This document shows positions 9,190-19,738 of a DNA stretch of 64,000 nucleotides, one piece after another. A model generated the notes under the pieces. The model did not search any database and was not told the DNA's origin. It worked only from the letters and a program-made list of their open reading frames with translations. The position numbers and the translations under genes were made by a program. Position 1 is the first letter of the stretch. Every line of letters begins with the position of its first letter. The stretch comes from Smithella sp. (lineage in GTDB: Bacteria; Desulfobacterota; Syntrophia; Syntrophales; Smithellaceae): the NCBI GenBank assembly GCA_035524255.1, contig DATKPG010000023.1, positions 19,459 through 83,458 of the forward strand. The letters run 5' to 3'.

Positions 9190-10269
9190 TTGATTTACCA
9201 TTTATTATATCCTTTACATACCACGGTTTCGTTTTTTAACGTATTTCGTTATATAACGTTCAGGACTATTTTTGCATCCATTACAGCGCTTTTGATATGT
9301 CTGGTTTTTGGCAAATGGATGATTCAAAGATTGCAGGAACTGCAAATCGGTCAGCAGATAAGAGAGGATGGCCCGCAGAGTCATTTAATCAAAAAGGGCA
9401 CTCCAACGATGGGCGGGGTATTAATTATCCTTGCCGTGGTTATCTCGACGCTGCTTTGGACAATTTTTTCTGCCAATTATGTCTGGATCATATTGCTGGT
9501 GACCATTGGTTATGGATTGATTGGTTTTATCGACGATTACAGGAAACTTGCCGGTAAAAGCTCCAAGGGCGTTTCCGGTAAAACAAGATTGATTGCAGAA
9601 ATAGCCATCGCTTTGTTCGTAAGTATCATGCTTTATCTGAAACCGGGTTTTAATTCGCAAATAACGATTCCTTTCTTTAAAACGGTATTGCCTAATCTCG
9701 GTTGGGGTTATGTCATACTTTCCACGTTTATTATCGTGGGCGCGGCCAATGCCGTGAATTTAACAGACGGTCTGGATGGTCTGGCCATCGGTCCCGTGAT
9801 TATCTGTTTTGCCACCTATCTTCTTTTTGCCTACTTTGCCGGAAATGTGAAAGTTGCCTCCTATTTGCAGATTGCCCACGTTTCCGGCGCCGGTGAATTG
9901 ACGGTATTCTGTGGAGCTCTGGTGGGCGCGGGCCTTGGCTTTCTCTGGTTTAATGCTTACCCCGCGGAAATTTTTATGGGAGATGTCGGTTCCCTTTCGC
10001 TTGGCGGTGCGTTAGGCACGATAGCGATTATCACAAAACAGGAAATATTACTGGCTATTGTCGGCGGTATTTTTGTCATGGAAACATTTTCGGTAATTTT
10101 TCAGGTTGGCTTTTTCAAGCTGACCGGGGGGAAACGCATTCTCCGGATGGCCCCTCTGCATCACCATTTCGAATTAAAGGGATGGGCTGAGCCTAAAGTC
10201 ATTGTGAGGTTTTGGATCATTTCCATATTATTGGCTTTGGTAGCTATCAGTACATTGAAGTTACGTTAG
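9190..10269 (+). CDS. mraY: phospho-N-acetylmuramoyl-pentapeptide transferase MraY
   Basis: Polytopic membrane protein with [13 protein letters not shown] and PLHHHFE motifs. Confidence 0.95.
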   Translation: MIYHLLYPLHTTVSFFNVFRYITFRTIFASITALLICLVFGKWMIQRLQELQIGQQIREDGPQSHLIKKGTPTMGGVLIILAVVISTLLWTIFSANYVWIILLVTIGYGLIGFIDDYRKLAGKSSKGVSGKTRLIAEIAIALFVSIMLYLKPGFNSQITIPFFKTVLPNLGWGYVILSTFIIVGAANAVNLTDGLDGLAIGPVIICFATYLLFAYFAGNVKVASYLQIAHVSGAGELTVFCGALVGAGLGFLWFNAYPAEIFMGDVGSLSLGGALGTIAIITKQEILLAIVGGIFVMETFSVIFQVGFFKLTGGKRILRMAPLHHHFELKGWAEPKVIVRFWIISILLALVAISTLKLR

Positions 10270-10276
10270 AGGAAAC

Positions 10277-11638
10277 ATGGATTTTACCAATAAAAAAATA
10301 GTCATCATCGGCATGGGTAAGACCGGAATTGCCACAGCCGCATTTTTAGGAAAACGAGGCGCAGAAGTCGTCGTAACGGATGAAAAATCATTTGATCAGT
10401 GGGGTGGCGAGTTTAAGCAAATTGCCAAAGAAAAATGGCTGGAAATCAAAGACTATAATAGCCATGTTTTGGAGGGAGCTTTCATGGTTGTGCCGTCTCC
10501 CGGCGTTCCTCCTGATAATGAAATACTGGTTGAGGCGCAAAAAAAGAATATACCGATTGTCAGTGAAATTGAACTGGCCTACAGGTTTTTAAAAGTTCCG
10601 GTAATAGCTGTTACCGGAACGAATGGTAAAACAACAACGACAACACTATTGGGTGAAATTCTGCGAATGGCCGGTAAGAGCGTTTTTGTCGGCGGTAATA
10701 TAGGCACTCCCTTGATAGAATACGCGCAAATCCCCCGGAATGATGATTTTATCGTCGCGGAAATCAGCAGTTTCCAGCTTCAGTGGATAGAGAAATTCCG
10801 GCCGTTTATTGCCATCCTTTTGAATATTACCCGCGATCATATCAATTATCACGGCTCTTTTGCCGAGTATCGCCGCGTTAAGGCCGGAATATTTGCCAAT
10901 CAAACCCAAACAGATTTCGCGATTCTTAATGCGGCGGATCCCCAGCAGGATACGATAGCCGATACTGTTCGCGCGCAAATTATTAAATTTAGTTCGAAAG
11001 ATGCTTTGCCCCGGGGAATATTTATTAAAAATAATAATATGGTTTTGAGAATGCCGGGCATGCCCGATATACCCGATACAAATGAAGAACAGTATCCTTT
11101 GAGCATTATTAATCTTCCCGGCATGCATAATGTGGAAAATGTGATGGCGGCGATCGTGGCGGCGCGTTTATGCGGATGCAGTCAGGAAAACGTCATTGCG
11201 GCGGTCAGGGCTTTTAGCGGACTACCGCACCGGATTGAATTTGCGGGTGAGAAGAATTCAATCAAATTCTATGACGATTCCAAGGGAACAAATGTCGGCT
11301 CTGTTGTGCGAGCGCTTCAGACATTTTCCAAACCCGTCATTTTGCTTTTAGGCGGCCGCGATAAAGATGGTGATTTTGAATCTCTCAAGCCGTTCATTAA
11401 AACAAAAACTAAAATGGTAATTTTATTTGGCGAAGCGCGTGATCGTATCGCTTCGTTAATTGGTGAGGAAGTGCCTGTTTTAAAAAATGCGAAATTACGG
11501 GAAGCGGTTGAAAGCGCTTATAAAGATGCTCATCCGGGCGATGTTGTTTTGCTTTCTCCCGGTTGTGCCAGTTTTGATGAATTTGCCAATTACAAGGAAC
11601 GGGGTAATGTATTCAAGGACGTCGTGAGGAATCTATAG
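10277..11638 (+). CDS. murD: UDP-MurNAc-L-Ala:D-Glu ligase MurD
   Basis: N-terminal Rossmann loop IIGMGKTGIA; P-loop GTNGKTTTT. Confidence 0.93.
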   Translation: MDFTNKKIVIIGMGKTGIATAAFLGKRGAEVVVTDEKSFDQWGGEFKQIAKEKWLEIKDYNSHVLEGAFMVVPSPGVPPDNEILVEAQKKNIPIVSEIELAYRFLKVPVIAVTGTNGKTTTTTLLGEILRMAGKSVFVGGNIGTPLIEYAQIPRNDDFIVAEISSFQLQWIEKFRPFIAILLNITRDHINYHGSFAEYRRVKAGIFANQTQTDFAILNAADPQQDTIADTVRAQIIKFSSKDALPRGIFIKNNNMVLRMPGMPDIPDTNEEQYPLSIINLPGMHNVENVMAAIVAARLCGCSQENVIAAVRAFSGLPHRIEFAGEKNSIKFYDDSKGTNVGSVVRALQTFSKPVILLLGGRDKDGDFESLKPFIKTKTKMVILFGEARDRIASLIGEEVPVLKNAKLREAVESAYKDAHPGDVVLLSPGCASFDEFANYKERGNVFKDVVRNL

Positions 11639-12745
11639 ATGGATGCTGTGATTAAACATAATGAAGATAAACTGCCGGATATAATCCTGCTTTTAGTTAC
11701 ATTAATTCTGGTGATTGTGGGAACGGCGATGATTTATTCTTCCAGTTCCATTATCGCGTTGGAGAAATTTAAGGACGGCCAGTATTTTTTGAAAAAACAG
11801 CTTTTGTTTGTTTTTTTAGGTCTCACTTCCATGATCATTATGACTAAGGTTCCTTATACGCAATTAAAGAAATGGGCTTATCCCGGAATATTGTTGTCAT
11901 TTGTGTTACTGGCCCTGCTGTTGACGCCATTAGGAATGAAGCGCGGAGGAGCGACCCGCTGGTTAAATTTGGGCGGCTTCTCTTTTCAGGTAACCGAGAT
12001 GGTTAAGATTGCAGTCGTTGTTTTCCTCGCGCATTTATTGACCAGAAAAGCGTATCAAATGCAAAATTTCACCAGAGGAATTCTTGTGCCTTTAGCCGTT
12101 GTCGCCGGTGTAATCCTGCTCATTTTGCTGGAGCCTGATTTCGGTACGGCTGTTATTATCGCCGCTATTTTGCTTTCGATGTTATGCATAGCGGGAGCGC
12201 AGGTCAAACATCTTTTGTTTTTGATAGGAGCTTTCATTCCTATCGGAGTATCGTTGATTTTATATAAGGGATACCGGCTGACGCGTTTGACTGCTTTTCT
12301 GGATCCGTGGAAAGACGCGGATAATACCGGTTTTCAAATTATCCAGTCGCTGCTCTCTTTTGGTTCAGGCGGAACTTTCGGCGTGGGAATAGGCGACGGC
12401 ATGCAAAAATTATTTTATCTGCCCGAGCCGCATACCGATTTTATTCTCTCTATCATTGCCGAGGAAACCGGTTTCATCGGAGTGACGATTATTATCGTCA
12501 TGTTCGCTATTTTTGCTCTTCGCGGCTTTATGATTGCCGCGAAAGCGCCCGATCTTTTCGGGACATTATTGGCTGCCGGAGTGACGATGGTAATTTCTTT
12601 GGAAGCGTTTATCAATATTGCCGGTGTCATGGGACTCATACCCTTAAAAGGTCTGGTGTTGCCTTTTTTAAGTTATGGCGGGACGGCATTTATTATGAGT
12701 ATGACGGCTGTGGGCGTTTTGCTGAACATTTCCACACAGACGTAA
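11639..12745 (+). CDS. ftsW: SEDS-family peptidoglycan polymerase / lipid II flippase FtsW
   Basis: FtsW/RodA/SpoVE-type polytopic protein with LPEPHTDFI and SYGGT motifs; cluster position. Confidence 0.9.
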   Translation: MDAVIKHNEDKLPDIILLLVTLILVIVGTAMIYSSSSIIALEKFKDGQYFLKKQLLFVFLGLTSMIIMTKVPYTQLKKWAYPGILLSFVLLALLLTPLGMKRGGATRWLNLGGFSFQVTEMVKIAVVVFLAHLLTRKAYQMQNFTRGILVPLAVVAGVILLILLEPDFGTAVIIAAILLSMLCIAGAQVKHLLFLIGAFIPIGVSLILYKGYRLTRLTAFLDPWKDADNTGFQIIQSLLSFGSGGTFGVGIGDGMQKLFYLPEPHTDFILSIIAEETGFIGVTIIIVMFAIFALRGFMIAAKAPDLFGTLLAAGVTMVISLEAFINIAGVMGLIPLKGLVLPFLSYGGTAFIMSMTAVGVLLNISTQT

Positions 12746-12814
12746 TGAAGAACGATATACAGGGGTATGCTTGTTAAAAAAGAGTTCAACGGGTTTGATG
12801 TTGTGGAGTAAAAA

Positions 12815-13915
12815 ATGCGCATTGTTATTGCGGGAGGTGGAACAGGCGGGCATTTGTTTCCCGGGATTGCTATCGCTGAAGAATTTCTTAAAAGAGATGA
12901 TAAAACAAGAATTATTTTTATCGGAACAAAAAAAGGCATTGAAAGCAGGCTGCTTGACAAATTGGGTTATGAACTCAGAGCAATTGATATAGAGGGAGTT
13001 AAAGGACGGGGAGTTAAGGCATTGATAAAGGGCGCTTATCAGATTCCAAAAAGTATTTGGCAATCAAGGCATATTTTGAAACAATTCAGTCCTCACATTG
13101 TTTTTGGCGTGGGCGGCTATGCCTCGGGGCCTGCGGTGCTTACCGCTCATTTTATGGGTATACCGACGGCTATAGCGGAACAAAACGCTATTCCGGGAGT
13201 CACTAATAAAATTCTCGGTCATTTCGCGGATAAAATATTCGTCACCTATACGCAAACCCGGGAATGCTTTGAGCAAACAAAGGTGGTCATAAGCGGTAAT
13301 CCCGTAAGGGCGTCGTTTATTGCCAGACGCGATAAAATAAAAGAAAAGAAAAATTACCGGCAACTGCTTATTTTTGGAGGGTCGCAGGGAGCGGAGGCAA
13401 TCAATAAAAGTGTTTTGGAGATTCTGCCGCAATTGCAGAGCATGAAAAATAATATTCGTATTCTTCATCAAACCGGTTCACAGCAGGTCCAAGAAGTAAG
13501 AAAAGCTTATGAACAATTCGGCATTCAGGCCAGGGTTACAGAATTTATTGTTGATATGGCCGCGGCTTACGCGGATGCGGATTTGATTATTTGCCGCGCC
13601 GGTGCCACATCGCTGGCGGAAATCGCCGCTGCAGGCAAGGCGGCTATTTTGATTCCGTATCCATGGGCCGCAAACGACCATCAATCAAAAAACGCGCAGG
13701 CTCTGGCCAAAGAGGGCGCCGCTGTGGTGATTCCGGAGAGAGAGATTGGCGGCACTAATTTGTTTGATGTGATTGAAAATCTGTTATGGGATGAAAAAAA
13801 GCTTCACCAGATGGAAGAAAATTCGTTAAGGTTGAGCAGGATTGATGCGGCGGCAACAATCGTTGATAGCTGTATTCAATTAATGGTTGAAAAAAATAAG
13901 GCATATGATTCGTAA
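12815..13915 (+). CDS. murG: UDP-GlcNAc:lipid I N-acetylglucosamine transferase MurG
   Basis: N-terminal GGTGGHLFPGIAIAEE G-loop of GT28 MurG. Confidence 0.95.
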   Translation: MRIVIAGGGTGGHLFPGIAIAEEFLKRDDKTRIIFIGTKKGIESRLLDKLGYELRAIDIEGVKGRGVKALIKGAYQIPKSIWQSRHILKQFSPHIVFGVGGYASGPAVLTAHFMGIPTAIAEQNAIPGVTNKILGHFADKIFVTYTQTRECFEQTKVVISGNPVRASFIARRDKIKEKKNYRQLLIFGGSQGAEAINKSVLEILPQLQSMKNNIRILHQTGSQQVQEVRKAYEQFGIQARVTEFIVDMAAAYADADLIICRAGATSLAEIAAAGKAAILIPYPWAANDHQSKNAQALAKEGAAVVIPEREIGGTNLFDVIENLLWDEKKLHQMEENSLRLSRIDAAATIVDSCIQLMVEKNKAYDS

Positions 13916-13939
13916 AAATATAAAGAGCATGGAAAAATA

Positions 13940-15352
13940 ATGATATCAGATAAGAAAAACAGTTTAATGCAGCACAAAGTAAAATGCATCCATTTTGTGG
14001 GAATCGGAGGCATTGGGATGAGCGGGATTGCCGAAGTTTTGGTGAATCTCGGTTATCATGTCGGCGGTTCTGACGTTCAGCCGTCGGAAACAACGGCGCG
14101 TTTGCAGAAAATCGGCGCGAAAGTCATTATAGGACACGCGGCGGAAAACGTCGGTAACGCCGATGTTGTTGTTACTTCTACGGCAGTGAAATCAAACAAT
14201 CCGGAAGTTATAGAGGCACATCGGAAAAATATTCCGGTAATTCCACGGGCAGAAATGCTTGCGGAACTTCTCAAAATGAAATTTTCCGTTGCTGTTTCCG
14301 GCAGTCACGGTAAAACCACGACCACCTCCATGATTTCAACGATCCTTGCGGAGGGTGATTTAGATCCTACGATGGTCATAGGGGGAAAACTGGCGAGTAT
14401 CGGCAGTAATGCCCGATTGGGCGATGGTGAAATTATCGTTGCGGAAGCTGATGAAAGTGACGGCTCATTCCTGAAATTATCGCCCACCATTGCCGTCATT
14501 ACAAACATCGACCGCGAACATCTGGATTATTATCCGGGTATTGCCGAAATCAAGGAAGCATTTCTTAAATTTGCCAATATCGTTCCCTTCTACGGTTGCA
14601 CGGTTATTTGCACCGATAATATTCATGTGCGGGAAATTATTCCCATGATTAAACGAAAAATGATTACTTACGGAATAGAATTCTCCGCGGATTACTGCGC
14701 TTCAGATATCAAATTTTTGAAAACCAAAACCAGTTACACTCTGGTTTATAAAAAGAAAAAATTAGGCACAGTTGAATTAATTGTGCCAGGGCTTTTCAAT
14801 GTTTATAATTCTTTAGCGGCAATAGCGGTGGCCCGTGAGTTGAATCTGGATTTTGCAACAATAAAAGAGGGTCTAAAAAGCTTTTCCGGAGTGCAGCGCC
14901 GCCTGGAAATCAAGGGAAGAGTGGGTGATATCACCATCGTTGATGATTACGGTCATCATCCGACAGAAATTAAAGAAACACTGAAAGCTATGCGGCAAAT
15001 ATGGAAAGACAGGTTGATCGTTGTTTTTCAGCCTCACAGGTTCACGCGGACAAAGGCGCTCTTTGATGAATTCACTAACGCCTTCGGCAATGTCGATATC
15101 TTGATCTTAAATGACATCTATCCGGCCAGTGAGGAGCCTATTGCCGGAATTAATTCCGCCGCGCTTTGCAAAGCGATCAGAAAAACAGGTCAAACCCATG
15201 TGGAATATATACCCGGCACGGAAGAAACCATCGAATATCTGTTAAAGACGGTAAAAGCGAAGGATACTGTTGCTACGATCGGGGCGGGAAGCATTTATAA
15301 AATCGGCGAAGCTTTTATAAAACGGCTGGTGGCAAGGGAAACAAAAAAGTGA
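13940..15352 (+). CDS. murC: UDP-MurNAc:L-alanine ligase MurC
   Basis: HFVGIGGIGMSGIAEVL and the GSHGKTTTTSM P-loop. Confidence 0.95.
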   Translation: MISDKKNSLMQHKVKCIHFVGIGGIGMSGIAEVLVNLGYHVGGSDVQPSETTARLQKIGAKVIIGHAAENVGNADVVVTSTAVKSNNPEVIEAHRKNIPVIPRAEMLAELLKMKFSVAVSGSHGKTTTTSMISTILAEGDLDPTMVIGGKLASIGSNARLGDGEIIVAEADESDGSFLKLSPTIAVITNIDREHLDYYPGIAEIKEAFLKFANIVPFYGCTVICTDNIHVREIIPMIKRKMITYGIEFSADYCASDIKFLKTKTSYTLVYKKKKLGTVELIVPGLFNVYNSLAAIAVARELNLDFATIKEGLKSFSGVQRRLEIKGRVGDITIVDDYGHHPTEIKETLKAMRQIWKDRLIVVFQPHRFTRTKALFDEFTNAFGNVDILILNDIYPASEEPIAGINSAALCKAIRKTGQTHVEYIPGTEETIEYLLKTVKAKDTVATIGAGSIYKIGEAFIKRLVARETKK

Positions 15353-16278
15353 TGACCGGCAAAAAAAATGAAATTAAAGAAGTTCTGGGCGGTATCATCA
15401 AGGGAAAGATATTGTATGATGAAGCGATGTCTCTCCATACATCGCTTGCCGTAGGAGGCAATGCGGACGCCCTCGTATATATAGAAAATGAAGATCAACT
15501 GATGCGGATTGTAAGCAAACTCAAAGAACAGGAAATAAATTTTTTTATAGCGGGAAATCTGACGAATGTTATTGTGCGTGATGGCGGATACCGGGGAGTT
15601 ATATTGCTGATGACAGGAAGCTCGGAAGTCCGTTGTGAATACACGCCGCAAAACGGTTATTTAATTTCCGCCCAGGCAGGCGCGGCGCTGGCAAAAGTTG
15701 TCAGCCGTTCGGTCACGGAAGAACTAACCGGGCTTGAGTTTGGCGCCGGCATTCCCGGCAGTGTTGGCGGTGCCGTATGGATGAACGCGGGCGCGTACGG
15801 CAAAGAAATGAAAGATGTTATAAAAGAGGTATCTCTATTGAATGCCGACGGAGATAAAAAAACAATGAAGGAGGGGGAAATATCTTTCGGCTATCGCACG
15901 TCATCTTTCCCTGCTGACACCATAATACTTGGCGCTCAATTTATACTGGAAAAAGGTGAGCGTTCAAAAATCAAAGAAAAAATAAATGAAATTTTACAGC
16001 TGCGCCAGACCAAACATCCCCTGGAATTCCCAAACGCCGGGTCTATTTTTAAGAATTTGCCCGGTCAGGCAGCAGGCCGTCTTATTGAAGACATGGGTAT
16101 CAAAGGGATGACCGCCGGAGGCGCGCAAATATCATCTAAACACGCCAACTTTATTGTTAACAGCGGCGGCGCCACGGCTTCAGATATTTTAACGCTTATT
16201 GAGTTTATTCAAGTAAGGGCCAAAAAAGAAAAAGGCGTGAATCTGGAGACGGAAGTAGTGATTATCGGAGAAGATTAA
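15349..16278 (+). CDS. murB: UDP-N-acetylenolpyruvoylglucosamine reductase MurB
   Basis: FAD-binding PCMH-type N-domain and a MurB C-domain; a 4-nt overlap with the murC stop. Confidence 0.9.
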   Translation: MMTGKKNEIKEVLGGIIKGKILYDEAMSLHTSLAVGGNADALVYIENEDQLMRIVSKLKEQEINFFIAGNLTNVIVRDGGYRGVILLMTGSSEVRCEYTPQNGYLISAQAGAALAKVVSRSVTEELTGLEFGAGIPGSVGGAVWMNAGAYGKEMKDVIKEVSLLNADGDKKTMKEGEISFGYRTSSFPADTIILGAQFILEKGERSKIKEKINEILQLRQTKHPLEFPNAGSIFKNLPGQAAGRLIEDMGIKGMTAGGAQISSKHANFIVNSGGATASDILTLIEFIQVRAKKEKGVNLETEVVIIGED

Positions 16279-17117
16279 TGCTGAAAAGATCAGGACTCAA
16301 AACAAAGAAAAACCGGATACGCAGGCGTTTTGGCAATATATCCGGAGATTTCTTGACCGCAACGGGATTACTGTTTGCCGCAGTGCTTTTGTTTTCTTTG
16401 TTTGTTTACGCTTACAATTTCCTGATAAGCATGCCGTATTTTCAAATCAAAGAAATATCCGTTCGCGGATTAAGAGAATTAACGGAAAAAGATGTTCTGA
16501 CATCGGCCGGGATAAAGCCCGCGCAAAACCTGTTGGCCATCAATACGGACGCGGTGATACGCCGGGTTTCCGCAAACCAATGGGTGGAGAATATTTACGT
16601 GGGCAGGGAACTGCCTGACAAGCTGGTTCTGGAAGTAAAGGAAAGAACTCCACTGGCTTTGGTGAAACAGGGCAATGATTTCTGTCTCATGGATGCCGAA
16701 GGTTTTGTGTTCAAGAAACTTAGTAAAAGCGATGAAGTCGATCTTCCCATTATTACGGGAGTCGACGAAAAAGAAGACAATAAATCGCAACTGCTTTTAG
16801 GCACCCTTAATTTATTGAAGACTCTGTCCAAATCCAGCCAATACGCTTATCTGGGCACAATTTCCGAGGTTCATGTCGATAATGTATTCGGTCTTTCTTT
16901 GATTTTCAGTACGGGTCTTTACATAAAACTTGGCACGGGCGGTTTTGAAAACAAGTTGAAGCAATTAAAAGTTGTTTTGGCCGATCTGGAAAGCAGGGGC
17001 ATGAAAAACGGTTATTTATGCATTGATTTATCGGATGACGCAAAGGTTACGGTACAACGCAAAAATGTTCCCGAACGGAAGGAAGAGGATAATAAAGGTA
17101 AACAGTATTTAATATAA
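16278..17117 (+). CDS. ftsQ: cell division protein FtsQ (POTRA domain)
   Basis: N-terminal TM, a POTRA-like segment (FQIKEISVRGL...) and cluster position. The start overlaps the murB stop. Confidence 0.85.
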   Translation: MLKRSGLKTKKNRIRRRFGNISGDFLTATGLLFAAVLLFSLFVYAYNFLISMPYFQIKEISVRGLRELTEKDVLTSAGIKPAQNLLAINTDAVIRRVSANQWVENIYVGRELPDKLVLEVKERTPLALVKQGNDFCLMDAEGFVFKKLSKSDEVDLPIITGVDEKEDNKSQLLLGTLNLLKTLSKSSQYAYLGTISEVHVDNVFGLSLIFSTGLYIKLGTGGFENKLKQLKVVLADLESRGMKNGYLCIDLSDDAKVTVQRKNVPERKEEDNKGKQYLI

Positions 17118-17160
17118 AAATTTATTGATTTTTAAAATTAAAGAAGAGGTGAAGAGGCTG

Positions 17161-18387
17161 ATGAGGAAGAAAAGCAATGTGTTAATCGGGCTTGATATAG
17201 GAACGACAAAAACCACTGCTATTGTTGGCGAGGTTACCGAAGCCGGAATCAATATAATTGGCATTGGAACATCTCAAAATAAAGAAATGAGAAAAGGGAC
17301 TGTTGTTAATATTGACAGCATGGTGGAATCGATAAAAACGGCTGTGGAAGAAGCTGAGCATATGTCCGGATGCCGCATTAATTCGGTTTATGTCGGAGTT
17401 TCCGGCAGTCATATAAAAGGGCAAAACTCTTTGAGCATCGTATCCATTAAGGGCCGGGAAGTGGATGAGAATGATGTAAAAAGAGTGATAGAAGCTTCCA
17501 AAGCGATTGCCATTCCCGTGGGCAGGGAAATCATGCACGTCCTTCCCCAGGGTTATGTCATCGACGGTCAGGAGGGGATTAAAGATCCCATAGGGATGTC
17601 CGGCGTCCGGCTGGAGGCCAAGGTGCACATCGTTACCGGAGCTACCTCCGCTATTCAGGATATCGTGAAATCCGTAAACCGCGTGGGCCTGGATATTGAT
17701 GACATCGTTCTGGAACAGTTAGCGGCCGGCAAAGCCGTGTTGAGTAATGACGAGAAAGATTTAGGCGTTGTTTTAATTGATATCGGCGGCTCCAATACGT
17801 CTGTAACAATATTCTCTGAATCGAGCATCAAACATACGGCCATACTGCCTGTTGGAGGAAACTATCTTACTTCGGATATTTCAACAGGTTTACGCACACC
17901 CCTTGCTGAAGCGGAAAAGATTAAAATTAAATACGGTTGCGCCATGACTTCCATGATCCCGAAGGATGAAACCATCAGAGTGCCCAGTTTAGGCGGCAGG
18001 GAAGACCGTGAAGTTTCGCGTCAGATTCTGGGACGGATTGTCGAGCCGAGAATGGAAGAAATTTTAAATCTTGCTTACAATGAAATTGTCCGGTTCGGAT
18101 TTGAAGATCTACTGGCGGCCGGAGTTGTTTTAACCGGAGGAACATCGCTTCTGGAAGGCATAAGCGAACTGGCTGAAAAAATATTTGATATGCCGGCGCG
18201 AAAAGGACTTCCTATCGGTGTCGGGGGGTTAACGGATATTGTGAATTCACCGGCGCATGCCATAGGAGTGGGACTGATTATTTATGGCCATGATCAACTG
18301 GATGGTGATTCCATGTATAGAAAAACAACAGGTGTGTTTGGCAATATGGCAAAAACTGTAAAAAAAATGTTTTCAGAATTTTTTTGA
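17161..18387 (+). CDS. ftsA: cell division protein FtsA
   Basis: Actin-like ATPase with LIGLDIGTTKTTAIVGE and LIDIGGSNTSV. ATG 17161 is preceded by a GAAGAGG RBS. The ORF-track start at 17125 is a TTG extension. Confidence 0.93.
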   Translation: MRKKSNVLIGLDIGTTKTTAIVGEVTEAGINIIGIGTSQNKEMRKGTVVNIDSMVESIKTAVEEAEHMSGCRINSVYVGVSGSHIKGQNSLSIVSIKGREVDENDVKRVIEASKAIAIPVGREIMHVLPQGYVIDGQEGIKDPIGMSGVRLEAKVHIVTGATSAIQDIVKSVNRVGLDIDDIVLEQLAAGKAVLSNDEKDLGVVLIDIGGSNTSVTIFSESSIKHTAILPVGGNYLTSDISTGLRTPLAEAEKIKIKYGCAMTSMIPKDETIRVPSLGGREDREVSRQILGRIVEPRMEEILNLAYNEIVRFGFEDLLAAGVVLTGGTSLLEGISELAEKIFDMPARKGLPIGVGGLTDIVNSPAHAIGVGLIIYGHDQLDGDSMYRKTTGVFGNMAKTVKKMFSEFF

Positions 18388-18402
18388 AAGGAAGGAGAGA
18401 AC

Positions 18403-19557
18403 ATGTTTGAATTAACGGAAGTATGTAGTGAAAATCTGGCAAAAATCAAGGTAATCGGCGTAGGTGGCGGCGGTGGAAACGCCGTCAACACGATGATTTC
18501 ATCATCCCTGATGGGAGTTGACTTCATCAACGCGAATACCGATGCGCAGGCGCTGAGCGTATCGAGTTCGCCGGTCAAAATTCAAATCGGTTCCAAGATC
18601 ACAAAAGGTCTGGGAGCCGGTTCCGATCCGGAAATCGGCAAACAATCGGCGCTGGAATCCCGCGATGATATCCGCCCTTATCTGGAAGGCGCGGATATGA
18701 TTTTCATCACCGCGGGAATGGGAGGAGGAACGGGAACGGGCGCGGCCCCGGTTATTGCGGAAATTGCCCGTGAATGCAGCGTTCTGACTATTGCCGTGGT
18801 GACCAAGCCTTTTCAGTTTGAAGGAAAAAAACGCAATGTTCAGGCTGAAGAAGGGATTGCTCAATTGCGGGAGGTTGTAGACACGCTGATTGTTGTTCCG
18901 AACCAGAGACTGTTGAGCCTGGGCGGCCGGAACCTGTCTCTTTTGGAAGCCTTTAAAAAAGCGGATGATATCCTTTATCAGGCGGTTAAGGGAATATCCG
19001 ATCTGATTTTGGTTCCGGGATTAATTAATCTTGATTTTGCCGATGTCAGGAGTGTTATGAGCAACATGGGCATGGCCATTATGGGCACCGGTGTCGCCAG
19101 CGGTGAAAACAGGGCGGTGGAAGCGGCGCAAAGAGCAATCTCATCTCCTTTGCTGGAGGACAATACGATTCAAGGCGCGCACGGAATTTTACTCAATATC
19201 ACAGGCGGTCCTGACATGAGTCTTTATGAAGTTAACGAGGCTTCATCTCTCATTCAGGAGGAAGCGGATGAAGATGCCAACATAATTTTCGGGACGGTGA
19301 TTGATGAAAATATGCAGGATGAAATTCGCATCACTGTCATTGCCACGGGCTTTGATGATTTTAATAAGAAGAAAAGGGAATCCCTGGGGAATGTTACACA
19401 TTTTGGCGGTTTCCGGAGGGAGGATTTGGCGACACCCACTTTCATTCGCAGGGAAAGAACACTTAACAATCCGAATGTCGCGGTTGTGGGCCTAAACGAT
19501 GAAACTGAAAATATGGATATGCAGATTCCGACATTTTTACGCCGTCAGGCTGACTGA
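18403..19557 (+). CDS. ftsZ: cell division GTPase FtsZ
   Basis: Tubulin signature [14 protein letters not shown], plus NTDAQAL and a C-terminal IPTFLRRQ peptide. Confidence 0.97.
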   Translation: MFELTEVCSENLAKIKVIGVGGGGGNAVNTMISSSLMGVDFINANTDAQALSVSSSPVKIQIGSKITKGLGAGSDPEIGKQSALESRDDIRPYLEGADMIFITAGMGGGTGTGAAPVIAEIARECSVLTIAVVTKPFQFEGKKRNVQAEEGIAQLREVVDTLIVVPNQRLLSLGGRNLSLLEAFKKADDILYQAVKGISDLILVPGLINLDFADVRSVMSNMGMAIMGTGVASGENRAVEAAQRAISSPLLEDNTIQGAHGILLNITGGPDMSLYEVNEASSLIQEEADEDANIIFGTVIDENMQDEIRITVIATGFDDFNKKKRESLGNVTHFGGFRREDLATPTFIRRERTLNNPNVAVVGLNDETENMDMQIPTFLRRQAD

Positions 19558-19738
19558 TTATTCGTGCGACGCCAATTCCCGTCGCTAAAAAAATTGGGGG
19601 AGTTGGTAAGCTGAGAAATTCCGTGAAGCAAACGGATAGCATTCCTTTGTTTTGCTTTGGAATTTATGTTCGTGATTTTTTAGCTTTGTAATTTAACGGT
19701 GAGGTTAGTGTTTACTGGATATAGGCCATGATAAAACC

